Of a stretch of 64,000 nucleotides of DNA, positions 23,401 to 36,500 are shown piece by piece. The stretch is from assembly GCA_977020255.1 (NCBI GenBank), contig CDROCS010004090.1, positions 62,001 to 126,000 of the forward strand, read 5' to 3'. Source of the stretch: Obrimoposthia wandeli. Its lineage: Eukaryota. A program made the position numbers and the translations under genes. The notes beneath the pieces were generated by a model. That model was not told where the DNA came from. It did not search any database and saw only the letters and a list, made by a program, of their open reading frames with translations. The stretch's first letter is position 1; each line of letters opens with the position of its first letter.

Positions 23401-26142
23401 AGCATCATGTTTTATTAAATAATAATTCCATATGCATACCGCTGCTTCGTATTCGTCCACATCCTTCTCAGCCTCTTTTTTAGATCTTTTGTTGCTCTTG
23501 TGTGTCTCCTTTGAGTCTGATCTTCGTCGTTTGGAAACAATTGAAGAACCTTCTAGAAACAGACAGAACGCTATTTATAAACTGTCAAATGTAACTTACT
23601 TGACCGTCGACGGTTGTGTTCTAAATCTGCATTTACTCGCGACTTCGAATGGGATCTACTTCTTCGCTTACGCCCTTTGTCTTTGCTTCTTTCTTTGTCA
23701 CGTTCTTTCTCTTTGCGCTTGTCTTTTTCCCGCTCTCGGATCCGTTTGAATCTCTCCTCATCCTCAATAATTTCATCATCCTGTCCGGAAAACGAATAAA
23801 ATAGAAATATGGTAATAATTATTCTCATTTACTTAACACTAATGGAAACAGTAATTGAAACAATAAAAAAACTTCATTGCGAATTTGTTACACTTCTTGA
23901 AAAACTTGAATCAGAGGTTGGCTTAAGTTCATAATCTGTTTTTTATCTTAGTCAATGAAATCAACGTCTTCAAAAACCCACTCATATGAATCATTCCATT
24001 GAGTTTTGTTTGCTTATATTGTGTTGGTATATGTATAACTTTACTAATAAAATTGAACTACGCAAATTAAAATAAAAAGTATAATTTCTCGATTATAGGT
24101 ATCAAACGCTGCCTTCCTAAAATCTCACATCAATAAAACAATCTAATTAAATTACAAGCCAGATATACTGATACTGTTTGTAGATAAGCAGTCCCATGTT
24201 TTATGCTTGGAGGTGATAATTTTGAAAAAAATTATTAATGTATTTTGTAATAATAGAGGTACTTATATTATTTATTTTCAATTACAATCTGATGTCGATT
24301 TCAACCAAAATTTTAAAAAATAAGCTATTGTTGCGAGTAGAAAAACTACAATCATTTATTAATAAATGTAATAATTGTTAACGAAGTGGATAATTATAAT
24401 AATAATGGACTGAGATAAAACCGAGACTTTTTAAATAAAATATATATTCAATATGTTAACTATTATGATACAATTGAATTCCAGACCAAATCACAATTGT
24501 AATAAGTCCTTTATTATAATTGACAGTCAATTATATTAATTAATGATAATTAAAGCTATTTTAGCAGTTTTAATACTCACGAACTTTGACAAATTTTGAT
24601 TACAATTCATTCTGTAAAATAAATTATTATTATTGTAAGTTACTAACTTAACAAATAAACCTAATTAATTACAAAAATTTTCAATATCGATATTGTACCT
24701 TATGTTTGTTACGGAATGACTCGATTTCTTTAGTAATCATAATCAGCTTATCACCGTCAGCATCGATTTCATCTAAATTCTAGACAAATGTCAATTTCGA
24801 AATCTAAAGACACCTACAATTTTCTTCTTTGAATCGCCTTTGCCAGAACGTCGGCTCTTATGTGGTGGTGGATCAGCTGCACCGTCAGTATATCCAGCGT
24901 CTGATATTAGTTTCTTAATTAGTTTCAATGCACTTTTGTCCTCCTCTAACTCTTTCGTATAGATAGCAGTGATTCGTTCCTTTTTGGCTTCTTCTGACTT
25001 TGAGTTATCCGACTCCCGCTCTTCGATAGCAGCTTTTTTCTTTGTCTTGTACGCGGTCAGTAACTCATCCGTTTTTGAGTCTACTTTCACCTGGATTAAA
25101 TGAAGTAAATTATTTAACAAATTAGATTCTAATTCCAAAATCAACCGAATTTTTTAAATTTAAGTCTCACTTAGAACGTTTTTAACTTTAATACAATATT
25201 TAATAATTCCTTAAGTTACTTAATAGCGAAAAGAAGTTATTAAATGTGATTTTTAGTATGGTACATAATTAAATCACTTAGGTACATAATTAAATTATTA
25301 ACTTTCGACACAAGACATCTTTCACAGTAAATGGTTTGTTTTTTTCTGATGGAAATAAATTTCTATCTGAAATGGAGAATATTTTTTAATTCAAATGTTT
25401 GTAATTCATCATTTAAAATTACATAATTTTTGAGCAGACTTTTCCATAGAAAGATCACTATAAATCATGCTAGTATTTTACGTAATCATTTGATAAAAAT
25501 AACAAATTTACTAACTACAGAATTTCTTTATCTATTGTTGATATTGTACTCATAAATATATTAAAATGCTATAAGTTCTTCAATAGGTAAATATAAATAA
25601 TTCATGTTGAATAGGAAGTTGAGAAATTTTTAATGTAACATTAATTGTGAAACATCAAAATTCATACCACGAGAGCTTTATCTGCTATCTTGAAATCATT
25701 CAGTAGTCGGATGCATCGCAAAGTCGCCTCTGGATTGTCGTAGTCACAGAAACCAAATGCCTGGAGTCGCGAGGCACCTTGCACTCGCTTCCAACTTATA
25801 ATATTGCCGCATTTCTATTTCTTGAAAATAAAGTTTAGCTCAAATAAATTTACTGTTAGGATTTCTTTCACCAACGAATCAGGTATTTTATCAGAAATAT
25901 TTCCAATAAAAACTGTGGTTATGGGACGATCAAATACCTAAATTAATATAATATATATATTATCATTATCGTACTGATGATTTTGTTGATTCAGAAGAAA
26001 CAGGTGGAGCTGGAGGTGGTTGAGTAGTTGGAACATCTATATATTACCTAAACATCATTATATAATAAATTTTACTAAGAGGAGGATGCATAAAAGGCTG
26101 AGGATAAACTTGAAAAACGGGTACTTGCCCAGGAAATGACAT
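14422..26142 (-). CDS. RBM25: RNA-binding protein 25 (RRM + RE/RD-rich + PWI domain splicing factor), 13 exons
   Basis: Exons with GT-AG borders and consistent phase: 26076-26142, 25975-26036, 25854-25937, 25668-25814, 24818-25090, 24699-24779, 23600-23780, 23440-23552, 23172-23389, 21666-22086, 16717-16926, 14637-14783, 14422-14517. Motifs: MSFP.., TTVFIGNISDK, SWKRVQGA..QAFGFCDY, VKVDSKT, KLREKEAAYQ, EDYDD..KYYRGS, IPTSKADLFAY, RIKPWVKKKI..IGEDE, FVMKMWRLLIY. Confidence 0.95.
15400..16000 (-). mobile_element. Degenerate Tc1/IS630-like transposase remnant in RBM25 intron 11
   Basis: Fragments ISFRSEASFHL, SPIDGVTRY and SPEIELWF across several frames; weak similarity only. Confidence 0.25.
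17089..18155. repeat. Tandem duplication of ~504 bp containing an 80-bp tandem unit (RBM25 intron 10)
   Basis: 17141-17650 is repeated almost identically at 17645-18154. The unit AAAGTTGCTGATTTGTATATTAAG...CAGTTAACTAC occurs in tandem at 17089-17260. Confidence 0.9.
18427..20681 (-). mobile_element. hAT DNA transposon (SPIN/GTF2IRD2-type), full length
   Basis: TIRs CAGTGCCCGGGAAA (18427) and TTTCCCGGGCGCTG (20681); perfect 8-bp TSD ATTTAGAC at 18419-18426 and 20682-20689; the element contains a transposase. Confidence 0.95.
18565..20388 (-). pseudogene. hAT transposase (BED-like zinc finger, DDE, dimerisation domain) with one premature stop
   Basis: ORFs 19117-20388 and 18565-19116 are contiguous in frame across a single TAA. 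Motifs: VCLICTE..RHY, FSLALDESTD, ATDGAPAM, HCIIHQE, VRWLSRG, FGSTYLCEQFFS. Confidence 0.93.
20690..21340 (+). mobile_element. Mariner (DD34D)-like transposase remnant
   Basis: Broken frames TRVP*LIS, AVNSQRYCQLL and ILHHVA*PRTAANTQTFL, resembling mariner WVP, NSxxYCxxL and LHDNARPH motifs. Confidence 0.55.
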
Positions 26143-29100
26143 TTAGTGAAAGAAATTACAAAATCTATATATAATTAAATAGAAAGTCGAATAGAAGAAA
26201 AAGATTAAAAATAATTATATTAGTAACTACAATTTATTTCAAAATGATAGAATATGAAAACTAATACTTTAACACATGATATTTATATTAAACAAAAACT
26301 TATGATTTATTTTATATTAGATTTATAATATTTAAATATTCAACTTTTACACAACATTTGTATTTATTTCCCCAGTGATCTAGATTTATTAATTACGAAG
26401 AAGATATTTGTTTTTATGATTTTTTTTATTGTCATGAACTTCAAATCTGCTTATATTTTAAAATTGATTTGTACAAAACCTAAAATGTTCCTCTTGAGTC
26501 AACTCTTCATTCAACATTGCTTATCCACGATTGCGATATTATCATTAAAATAAATCTTATTTTTAAAAATTTTATGGATCGATTCCAGTTTAAGCATGAA
26601 CTTGAGCTATTCTTTAATGTATTTTAGTGGATCAATAGCATTTTCCAAATCTGATAAGGTGTCTATATAATTATTGTTTGAATAATTTATTAACTTTCAC
26701 ATAATTCTTTGTGGATAGTACGACTTAAATGTCTTGATATTTGGCTGATAACCGTTGGTTCATTGATATTGGGTTCCGACGGACATACAGTACAGACACA
26801 TTGTCAGTTTCTGGCAAGTTAATGTGACAAGTGTGTCCATAAAGAGTATACCTTCGAGTCATTGTTTATGAATCTAAACTATTATCTGACTAAATATATC
26901 ATGCATCATTCAAGAGCTATAATTGCTGAAGTACAAAAAAAGTGACTGCTTATTTATTTTTGCAATTGTAATTGAGTTAGCTATACCTAAAAACAAATAT
27001 AATATTATTAATAATTATATATTTCAGTAAATTAAAATTTTCTTTATAATAATAACCATTTTAATTTGATTAGTAAGAGCATGAGATATATTGTATTAAC
27101 TAAAGCAAATACATTTTTAAACAGAAAAAAACATAATATTTTGAGTTAAACCTCTTAGGATAAATTGTATTAAACGATTCGAGATTACTAGTAACACAGA
27201 GATAAATATTTCATCTAGATTAATATATTTTAGAATTTTAAAACCAGTATATCATAAAGCAATTCTGCACTAATAAAATATCAATTTATACTAATTAAAC
27301 CAACAATTCTGAATGTATTACCATGTTTTTTTATCAAAAAAATCTTAATATTCTCATTTTTATAACTATTTAATTGTAAATTAATTTGTGTAAATGAATA
27401 TTTTAATTTGTAAGATTATTTTGTTAATATTTAGTAATATTAAAATATATTATTCTACTTCATTTTTTAATAAAAAAAATGCATTTTTATATCTATGAAA
27501 AACTGAAATCTAATCGTTGATCTTTTGAAGTTATGATAATTAAAAATTAATATAGTATATGAATAAAACTTATAATAACAATATTGTTACGTTATCCCAA
27601 GTAAAATATGATACCTTAAAAATAACGATGTTATGATTTTTTGTTGTTGCAAATAATTAGTTTAAACTATTCTAAACGGTTTTTCATCAGTAAAAATTTT
27701 AAAAAACTCTGAATCCAAAGCTTTATATTTACTAATCATTGTAAGATAAATGGTATTAAAAATTAATTCATGAAAAATTTGAAATAATTTTTAATGAAAA
27801 TTAATCATTATTATTATTTCTTAAAACTATGTTATCTACTTGATATGATTTTAAAGAACAATTAAAATGGACTATCAAAAATGTTTGGATCTAAAATCCG
27901 ATTATATCGAGCAATTAAATGAGTATTGAAATTTCATATAAAAAATATTTAGAATAAAATAGATTTCTAATATTTGTATTGATTATTTTAATGTCTGCAT
28001 ACTATTTTTTATATTTCATATACCAACATAAACATTTTAATATTTTCTTGAAAATTCCGTTTTAAAAAAATTACAAAGCAGCAATGATAAATTAAAATTA
28101 GAAAATAGTTATTTATGTTTTAATTTATAGCAGTAAAATAAAATGATTATAAATTTTGTGAATATTATATATGGTTATTTTGTTTTATTTTTCATTTAAA
28201 TTGTCTGCCAATAATTTTTTATTTTTAACATATTGTTTAATTAGAAAATTTAATTAAAAAATTTTTAGGAATCTACCAAAATTAAAGTACTCATTTATAA
28301 TAAGAAATAGTTTAATTCATATGACTTTTCAATTTAAATTCAACATATTTTATTAGCACTATAATAGTGTTTCTGAATTTATTTATAAATTAAAAACTTG
28401 AATAAAATAAAAATTTGTATAAATAAACAACTTTTATAATTTTTTCAAATATAAAATATACTAAAATAAATCAAATAGGTTTGTTTCAATTGGTTTGAGA
28501 TATTTAAAAATGAATATCGCTGTTTATACTTTGTTTGATATTTAAATAATTTTAATTGTTAAACTTTCTTATTTATTTTTGATAAATCAAAATATACTAT
28601 CATGTTTATGTTTTAATTAGATACAATATCGATGAATTTTTTTACAGAAGAGCTACATTTGAAATCACAGTTAAAAATTGATTTAACATCTTATTTCCTT
28701 TAATCTTGTTGATTAAGCATAAATTTGATTCGTTGCTATTCTACAGTATAAACGAAAGCACATTGTTTTATTCAGTATAAAATTCGTGTATATCTTTTTC
28801 AAAATTCATAATTTGCTATCTGTTTATTAAATAATCATATATCTTGTTAGAAAAAATCGGTTGTAATTATAATTGGAATTCAAATACATTTGAACGTATT
28901 ATTTATACCTAATTAATATGTATTTGTAGTCTTTTGGATTTTTTATTTAGTTTTTACATTTATTCTTTGTTACTAAAACTTTTAATAACAATATTGTTAC
29001 GTTATTCCAAGTTAAATATGATATCTTTAATTGTAAAGATACAAATTCTGTCTTGTATTTCAATAAATTGATGGATATCGTAAATTGCTAACTTTGAAAC

Positions 29101-30530
29101 ATTGTGTTTTTGATTATCTATACCGATGACTATATTCAAAATTATCCAGTCAGCTGGTGACATAAAGAAGTGGCAGACGAGAGAGAATCTGTAGAATGCA
29201 TAGATAATTAGAACGGGAGAAATCACTGTTTGAAATCCACTGGAAAGGAACGCAGTCTTGGTAGTTGGAAAAATTCAGTGTAGTGAGATGAATTATAGCT
29301 GACTGGTGTTGAGGAAAGGAGGTACAGGGAAAGACTGAAACTAGTTTTGTCGCAGTTGTTTTTGCTGCTGATATAGGAAAAGATGAGATGATGGCAGCAG
29401 GATGCGATGGTAGGGATAACATTTTTAATGCGATGGAAGAGAGAGGCTAAACTGATAAAACGCTGCTGATTGTTAGTAAGAGAGAGAGAGGGAGAGAATT
29501 CAGGCCAGTTCTTTCTGAAATCACCATGGACGATACTGACACAGGATAAAAATTATTTATGTTTCTATCACAGATCAAGTTGGCCAGTACTGGTCCACTC
29601 GATCTCTGATTGACTCTTACTATCTATTTCAATCTTATGTTATTGTTAATGCTATCTCTAGCTTGACAGGAATCTCAGAGACAACACGCTGTATTTCTGA
29701 AGATATCAAGACAGGTCAAAAAAGTTAAAAAACTGTCGGGGACATAAAAAAAATTTAAATCCCAAAGTGCATTTATTCTTTAAATATTAAATAATGTTTT
29801 TTTCAAAAAATATATATCTCAAAAAAAGATCAATTTATATTCCTAACAATATTAATTTGATATTTCAAAACCAATGTTTTATTTTTACCTTTGTTTATTA
29901 AATTTTGTGTGGTTTTAATTACTTCTCTAATGATCAATTTGTCAATTTTTGGAGTAGGTGGAAGATTACTAGAAATTATATGTAAAAACTTTGTCTTCCA
30001 CCTTAAAAATACCTATGATATTATTTCGAACGAAGGCATATCAGGTCTGTACACAAATTGCCTCTGTTGTGTCAACAGTTCTTGTGAACATTATTCAGGA
30101 CTACACAAGATTCAGGAGAGGTAAGGTAGGAGCAAAAGAAATTAATCTCAAATTCAAGTGCATTAATATTTGACCAAGAAATGAAATTGCAACATTCGAT
30201 TTACAGTGATGAAAAAATTTGTTTTCTTAATTTCCTACTTCTAAAAGTGTGATTCATGTCTTTCTGATATACAGGTAAAGATGAAAAAGTGTTCACATTT
30301 CCAGTCATTGTCACAGAATGATTGAAGCTCTATTGAAAATCAGAACCAGTAACTGAAATAAAATAATTTCCCATTATGCAATTTAATTTTAAACTTAAAA
30401 TATTAATAATGATACTTATTGATTATCTTTGATTAACAATCTGAATCAAAATAATTAAAGATGACATTTCCAGCAGTAGAAAGTAAGAATTTATTCAATT
30501 AACTGTGCATTGTGTTTTGGTTTGTTTCAG

Positions 30531-33500
30531 ACAAACGCAAAGTTGAAAAGAGCAATGTAAGTTTAATTTAGATTTAATATAAATTTTTTAAGAAAAAGGA
30601 TGTGGGTATCAATGATTTAGCAAGTTGTGTTTTGCTAAAATATGATGTTCTAAAATCACTCCCGGACCTAAAAGACATTGATGACTTGAAGTCGGCTACC
30701 AATGCAGTTTACAAGGTATGCGTGATCACTGGTGACCAGTTAGAAGCCAACACCGCGGCTCCAATTTTTATTTCCTTTGTAAACAAGGATATTACAACCC
30801 CGCCATGTGTATTACAACACAGTGCTTTTGCTAAACCATTAGTCCGTGGTTCAACGATGAAATTTATGATACAAACTGCAAAAATGGATAATATCGAGTC
30901 TGTAATAATTCAGGTAATCTTCTATGACATAAAATATGGTTTGGATATTTATTTCAGATAAATATAGCATTTGACATTAGTTATTGGAATTGAATTTTTA
31001 TGAACGGGTTTTCAATAGATAAAAAAGTCCATTATTTTTCAACTATTTAAAGATGTTTGTTTAAAATATTATTACACTAATATGAGTGACCAGTAATACA
31101 GATTTTTTAAAATGATCATTTAATAATGTTAGGTGTAAAGTGATAACATCCAACCTAAAATAGAAAACATTGTAGAAATACTGTGTAAACTCAATAAAAT
31201 AAACTATATTACTTAAAAAATCAATTATAAAAATTATTTAAAAGTTGTAAACAATTTCAATGTAAATTTACTCAATATAATGCAATTTGGTGATTACTCT
31301 GTTGTCTGAGATGACTAGTCGTCGATGATGAATGGATGCGGGACCAATCATCCAGTCTGAGTGTGGGTGTAATTGAACGGCATTGCTAAAAAAATTGTAA
31401 AGAATGTTTAGAACAGTTAAAAAACCTTACGTACTATTTAACTATCATTTTAGATAAAAAATCAACCTGGTTAGCACCGGTTTAAATTCAAATCACTTTA
31501 AATGGCTAAATAGTCTACGAATAAAAGCTACTGTATGTTTTTCTAAATTTAATTCAATATCTAGGTACAAACAATATTTTCAATAAAACTTCTTATTTTT
31601 ACCTTTCCTGAAATCTTGGAACCCACAAACTACCAAAAATAAATTAACATTCTATTAAAAAAGAAAAAACTCTATTAAGGTATGTTTGTCTTAAAAACAA
31701 TAACTAGAAAAAAAATTTATATCTAATAAATAAAAACAAATATATAATTTAATATTAATTTTTTCTTAGACTTATTGAAGCAATTCCACAATATAAAGAT
31801 AAATATTTTGCAGATATGTTAGTTTTTCAAAAATGAAAATCAATGTATGGTAGATAACATATTTTAAAAAATCTAATTTTTTAAAATAACAACGATTTTT
31901 GGTTTAATTATACACAAACTAATTCAATAAGGGTATATTAAAACTATAAGAAGTGTTGCTACGATATTTTCCTGTGAAAACGTCACCCTTAATGTATTTT
32001 TAAATGTATCACATATCCGTATGTAGCATCCAAATAGTTCTTCATTTTGCTTGGTGCTTCTGCCATTGGCGTAATATCGAATGGCTCATGTTAAAATAAA
32101 CAAAAATGTTATACAACACCAATTCTTAGATTGTTTATGAAATATGTACGTTTTTGAGTTAAAATTTTCTTTGTATAATTTATATTTTTGCGTTCAATAA
32201 AATCGACTTTTGAATTAAATTATAGTTATTAATAGCATTTTTTTAAAATTTCGTTTAGTTAGTCAATAGTTCTGGCAACGAAAGTTGGTATTTAAAGGAA
32301 CTGAAAATACAGGATATTGAAACTAAACGTAACTGGTTCTGTCAAGCGAATCACTGGTTTTCACAAGATAAAGAAGACGGAAAACTGTGTAGAATTATCA
32401 AAGTAACGAGCAATGACGAAGGAGAAATAAGTAAGTAACCTTTATATCGTAATTAGGTAATATTACAATTAAGCAGCATAAAATGTGACAAATATAATTT
32501 AAAGAAAAACATTTTAACTATTCTTTAATTTAATTTTGGTGACATTTTGCAAAAGGTTCCGCCAAAGTAATCACTTGTAATTAAGTAAAAAATAAGCTTC
32601 ATTGAATAAAATATATAAATTATAAATTAGAACCAATTATTAAATATTATTTCTCTACCCTATTAAATAAATTCATTATCTATTTTTCAGAAAATAAGTA
32701 AACGAAAATAGAAAAAAATTAAATCTAAACAGCCTAAGACAATACCTCACCAAAAAGAAAAATCCTTTAGTTTAAAAATTCTTTCGACAGAGTGGTGATG
32801 GCATTTTTTAGAACAATATTAAAATAAATGCGCGAAATTTATTTAAAGTACGATAAAAAAAATCCATAACGAATTTTTAAATGTGAGTTAAATATCTGTG
32901 TAACACCCTAACTGTATTACAATTCCGTGATGATACCGTATTTACCGTAACATTTAATTTGTTGAAGCTGGTAATAATAAATAAAACAAACATATTATGT
33001 ATCATCGAATATAAGACTCTTTTTTAAAACAGACATTACATTTTTGTACGTAACGCCGACAGTAATACAATTTTTTACGACTTTAAATTTTAGATATTTA
33101 GTTTTTTATTTTTAAAAATACCTGATTTTGCTAAATTTTAAATGAATTTTCAATTCTTTTTTCAGAATATGGATTTTTCTTCAAAGTCAAAGAAGCTTTC
33201 AATGGACCATTTAATGTCCCTTTATACATAAAGCTTTATGGATCCAAGAGAAATACCAGAAAGATTCCATTAGAATTTCAAGAATTATGTGTAAAGAATG
33301 AATTCTACGAGTTTGTTGTATTAGCATCCCACGTTGGAATAATTCACAGAATCAGGTTGATAATTTAAGTCTAATTTTAAATTCTGTTTCACATTTTAAA
33401 TTAGGTTAACTATATAAAGAAGATTAATTTCTAGTGGCTCTGGCCTAAATAAACTGTAGTATTTCATTGATTTTTAATTTGAAGACGAGAATTACACATT

Positions 33501-36500
33501 TATAAGGTCTTACAATATGAAGTTTTAATTGGATTATTTAGCTTAGGAGCAATAGAGCCTAAAAAGCAAGGCTCAGTGGTCACTTAATAATTTTAGAATG
33601 GGGCAAGCAGTGCATTTGTTCCACGCCAAAAATATTTTTATCAAAATAATTGCTGTGACATCAGCTGTTTGCCTTAGATATTTCCAATTACTCAAGGAAT
33701 CGAGCATATTAGCAAGTGACCTACATTATTATTGTTATTTGCAAACAGTAAGAATATATTTTCCTAAAATTAGATACGTAAAAACCTTCTGATTATAAAA
33801 ACTAATAACTAAATTAAAACTAAGCTACTAGAGAGCATAAAAGTTCTACTTTTTCGTACATGGACTACTTTTTAACGCATGGAGTAAAGCTTAATGACAC
33901 TACTCAAGTTGTAATAATGCAAACCAAATGGTGATTGAGGCTTATAATCATCTAACACACTCAAAATACTTAACTTTCTTTAAAATTGAATAACAATGTT
34001 TTGACAATTTTACATGTTTAAAACTTTTGATTCACTTGATTTGCAACAATACTTTCTTTGGTATCTGCAATTTAGAACTGTCAGTAATTTAGAGATATTT
34101 GAGAGTTTTGTCTTCACTTTCTAGAATATAAATTAGAATATAATTAAGTAATATTATACATTTATAGAAAATATTAAAATTTTAAATAATCATAGAAGTT
34201 AAGTTTTCTATCGTAGACTTAATTCAAAAGACTCAGATTCTACAAACACAAGTTATATTTATACATGTATACAGGAGATTTTATAAACAAATATTGTCGG
34301 TAGGAAATTTCAAGATTCTGATTACATAACTCTCCCCTTCACTATTCAAACTTGCATTTCTTCAGCCATTCGATTCTCCTAGTGGGATTCCACTTGAAAA
34401 CTGAATTAGTATCTGTCGTGGACTCAAAAAATTATTATTCTGAGTGGGCCTTCTTTTCTGGTAACACAATATCCTTTTATATAGGAAGTCAAATGTCTTG
34501 GAGCGTATGCAATCCCTTTTTCGTTTCTCATTTCACCAGTTGGCTCAATACTGCCCCAATCGCACCAAGGCTTGCGTCTGTATAAATTATAAATTTTATA
34601 TTTCACTTTAAAAAAGTATAATATGGGAGCTATTGCTAATATTTCTTTCAGGAGTGCAAAACTTGTTTTACAATCCGGTGACCATTGTATTGACTTCTTA
34701 TCTCCGGAACCCGCGCATATAGTGGGGCTGCATTATTGGCATAATCTTTAATACATCGTCGATAATAGTTTGCCATTCCTAAGAATGATCTTAGTTTTCC
34801 GTTACAATATGATTCTTTAAAATTTATTACTTTGTTAACTTTCGACTGATTTGTTTGTATTATGCTTTCTGTTATGGTATAACCTATGACTTTTAACTGT
34901 TACTACCAAAGTAGCATTTATTAGAGTTTATTTTGAAGCCTGCAACTGTAATTCTTTTAAATACTTCACTAATTAATTTATAATGTTTTCTTGGTTGTTA
35001 CTATAAACAAGAATATCATCAAGATATACAATAATTCCGTTGAACAACAAACCATACAATATTTTATGCATCAAACTCTGGAATGTTACAGGTGCTGTAG
35101 CCAACCCAAATGGCAACTAATTGAAACAAAATTGTTCCCGTTTTCTACTGAAGGCATTTTTTGTCTGAGACTCATTCTCTAGATCTACCTGGTAAAATGC
35201 TTGTCCAGTATATATTGTCGTAAATATTTTTGCATCACACAGACAATCAAAGAAGATTCGTGCATTAGGTATTGGAAATGTAAACATATTGGTTACATCA
35301 TTCAATTGTCTGCAGTAAACACACATTCGAATTGTATTCTCTGGCTTCTTCATAATGACTATTAGAAGACCGAAGTTCAGGCATAACTATATTGATAAAT
35401 AAACAGCATTCAATATATATATAGGTCATTATTGAGCAATGTAAGCATACCACACAGTCACACATTCAGCAGCATACATATTATCTAAAGCCCCGTCGGT
35501 TCGTATACCACAGTTTACACAATCTGTTACAATGACCAATGGTGAGTTCCAAGGACTTTCACAACGACTAATTACGTTTACTTTGAGTAAATTTTAAATC
35601 ATTTCATAAACTTGGTTGTCTAGAATTTTGACAGATTGGATCAGCGATAGTCTCAATTTTATGGGAGACAATTTTGGTATATCCTAAATCAAATTTACAA
35701 TGCATAAATATTTTTCCAAACTCCTCAATATAATGTCTTAGAATTGAGTCTTTGTCGCATTTTAAAGAATTACATATTTTAACTGTTATTTCTTTCGAGG
35801 AAAACATTTTCATCATGCAAGACGAGTTCAAATTATATACTTACTGCAGCTTTATCCCGAATGTTTTCCTTGTATCGATACCACTAATAAAATCTGTTTT
35901 AATTTCTTCTACAACGATTATTTCTAAAATTTTCCATTTTCCATTCCACAACTCTTTAGATTGTTGGGGTTTTCTTTCAAACTCTAGAATCCTCGTTTGG
36001 AGGACCCCAACGTGAGTTCTGTAGCGATAGGGTTTACATAAGGATGTGACCTTCCTATTCGAGTATCGGAAAGTTTTTGTGAGGTGTTAAGGCTGTGTGT
36101 ACAAGATAACGTAAAATTCCCTAAAACTATTGTAGTGTTGAGTGGGCTGAATCAATAAATAAATATGACTTCAAATTCAAAATAAGTCTAGTAAAGTCAA
36201 GACCAGAAAATATGCCAAATTAGGTCGGAATCTATCAGTGCCGATGGTAACACTCTGAATATGTCAGGACTTAGGCTAACGTCTCATTGGTTAATTGGCC
36301 AAAATTCTCGGTTTTGTAAAGTTATCTTAGTTACTATCAAATTACGTAATATTCACAAATGTGAAATTGTATATATCAAAATATATTATTTTGTTTTTAT
36401 TTAATCATTTCCCTAAACCTGAATTTTCATTATAGAAAGAATAATTAATCAACTCACAATAAAAGAGAAAAATTTATTTAGGACGATTTTATATATTATT

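Noticed and set aside
21799-23799. Plus-strand ORFs (21799-22113, 21912-22148, 23432-23749, 23614-23799)
   Set aside because: They are antisense shadows of low-complexity RBM25 exons.
26200-29000. Long, extremely AT-rich tract as a structured element
   Set aside because: No repeat periodicity or coding signal is visible; it is probably intergenic or promoter DNA upstream of RBM25 with unrecognisable TE debris.
31290-32100. Possible nested antisense gene in the PLAT-gene intron
   Set aside because: There are GC-richer patches with some splice-like signals, but I could not build a phase-consistent model or recognise a protein.
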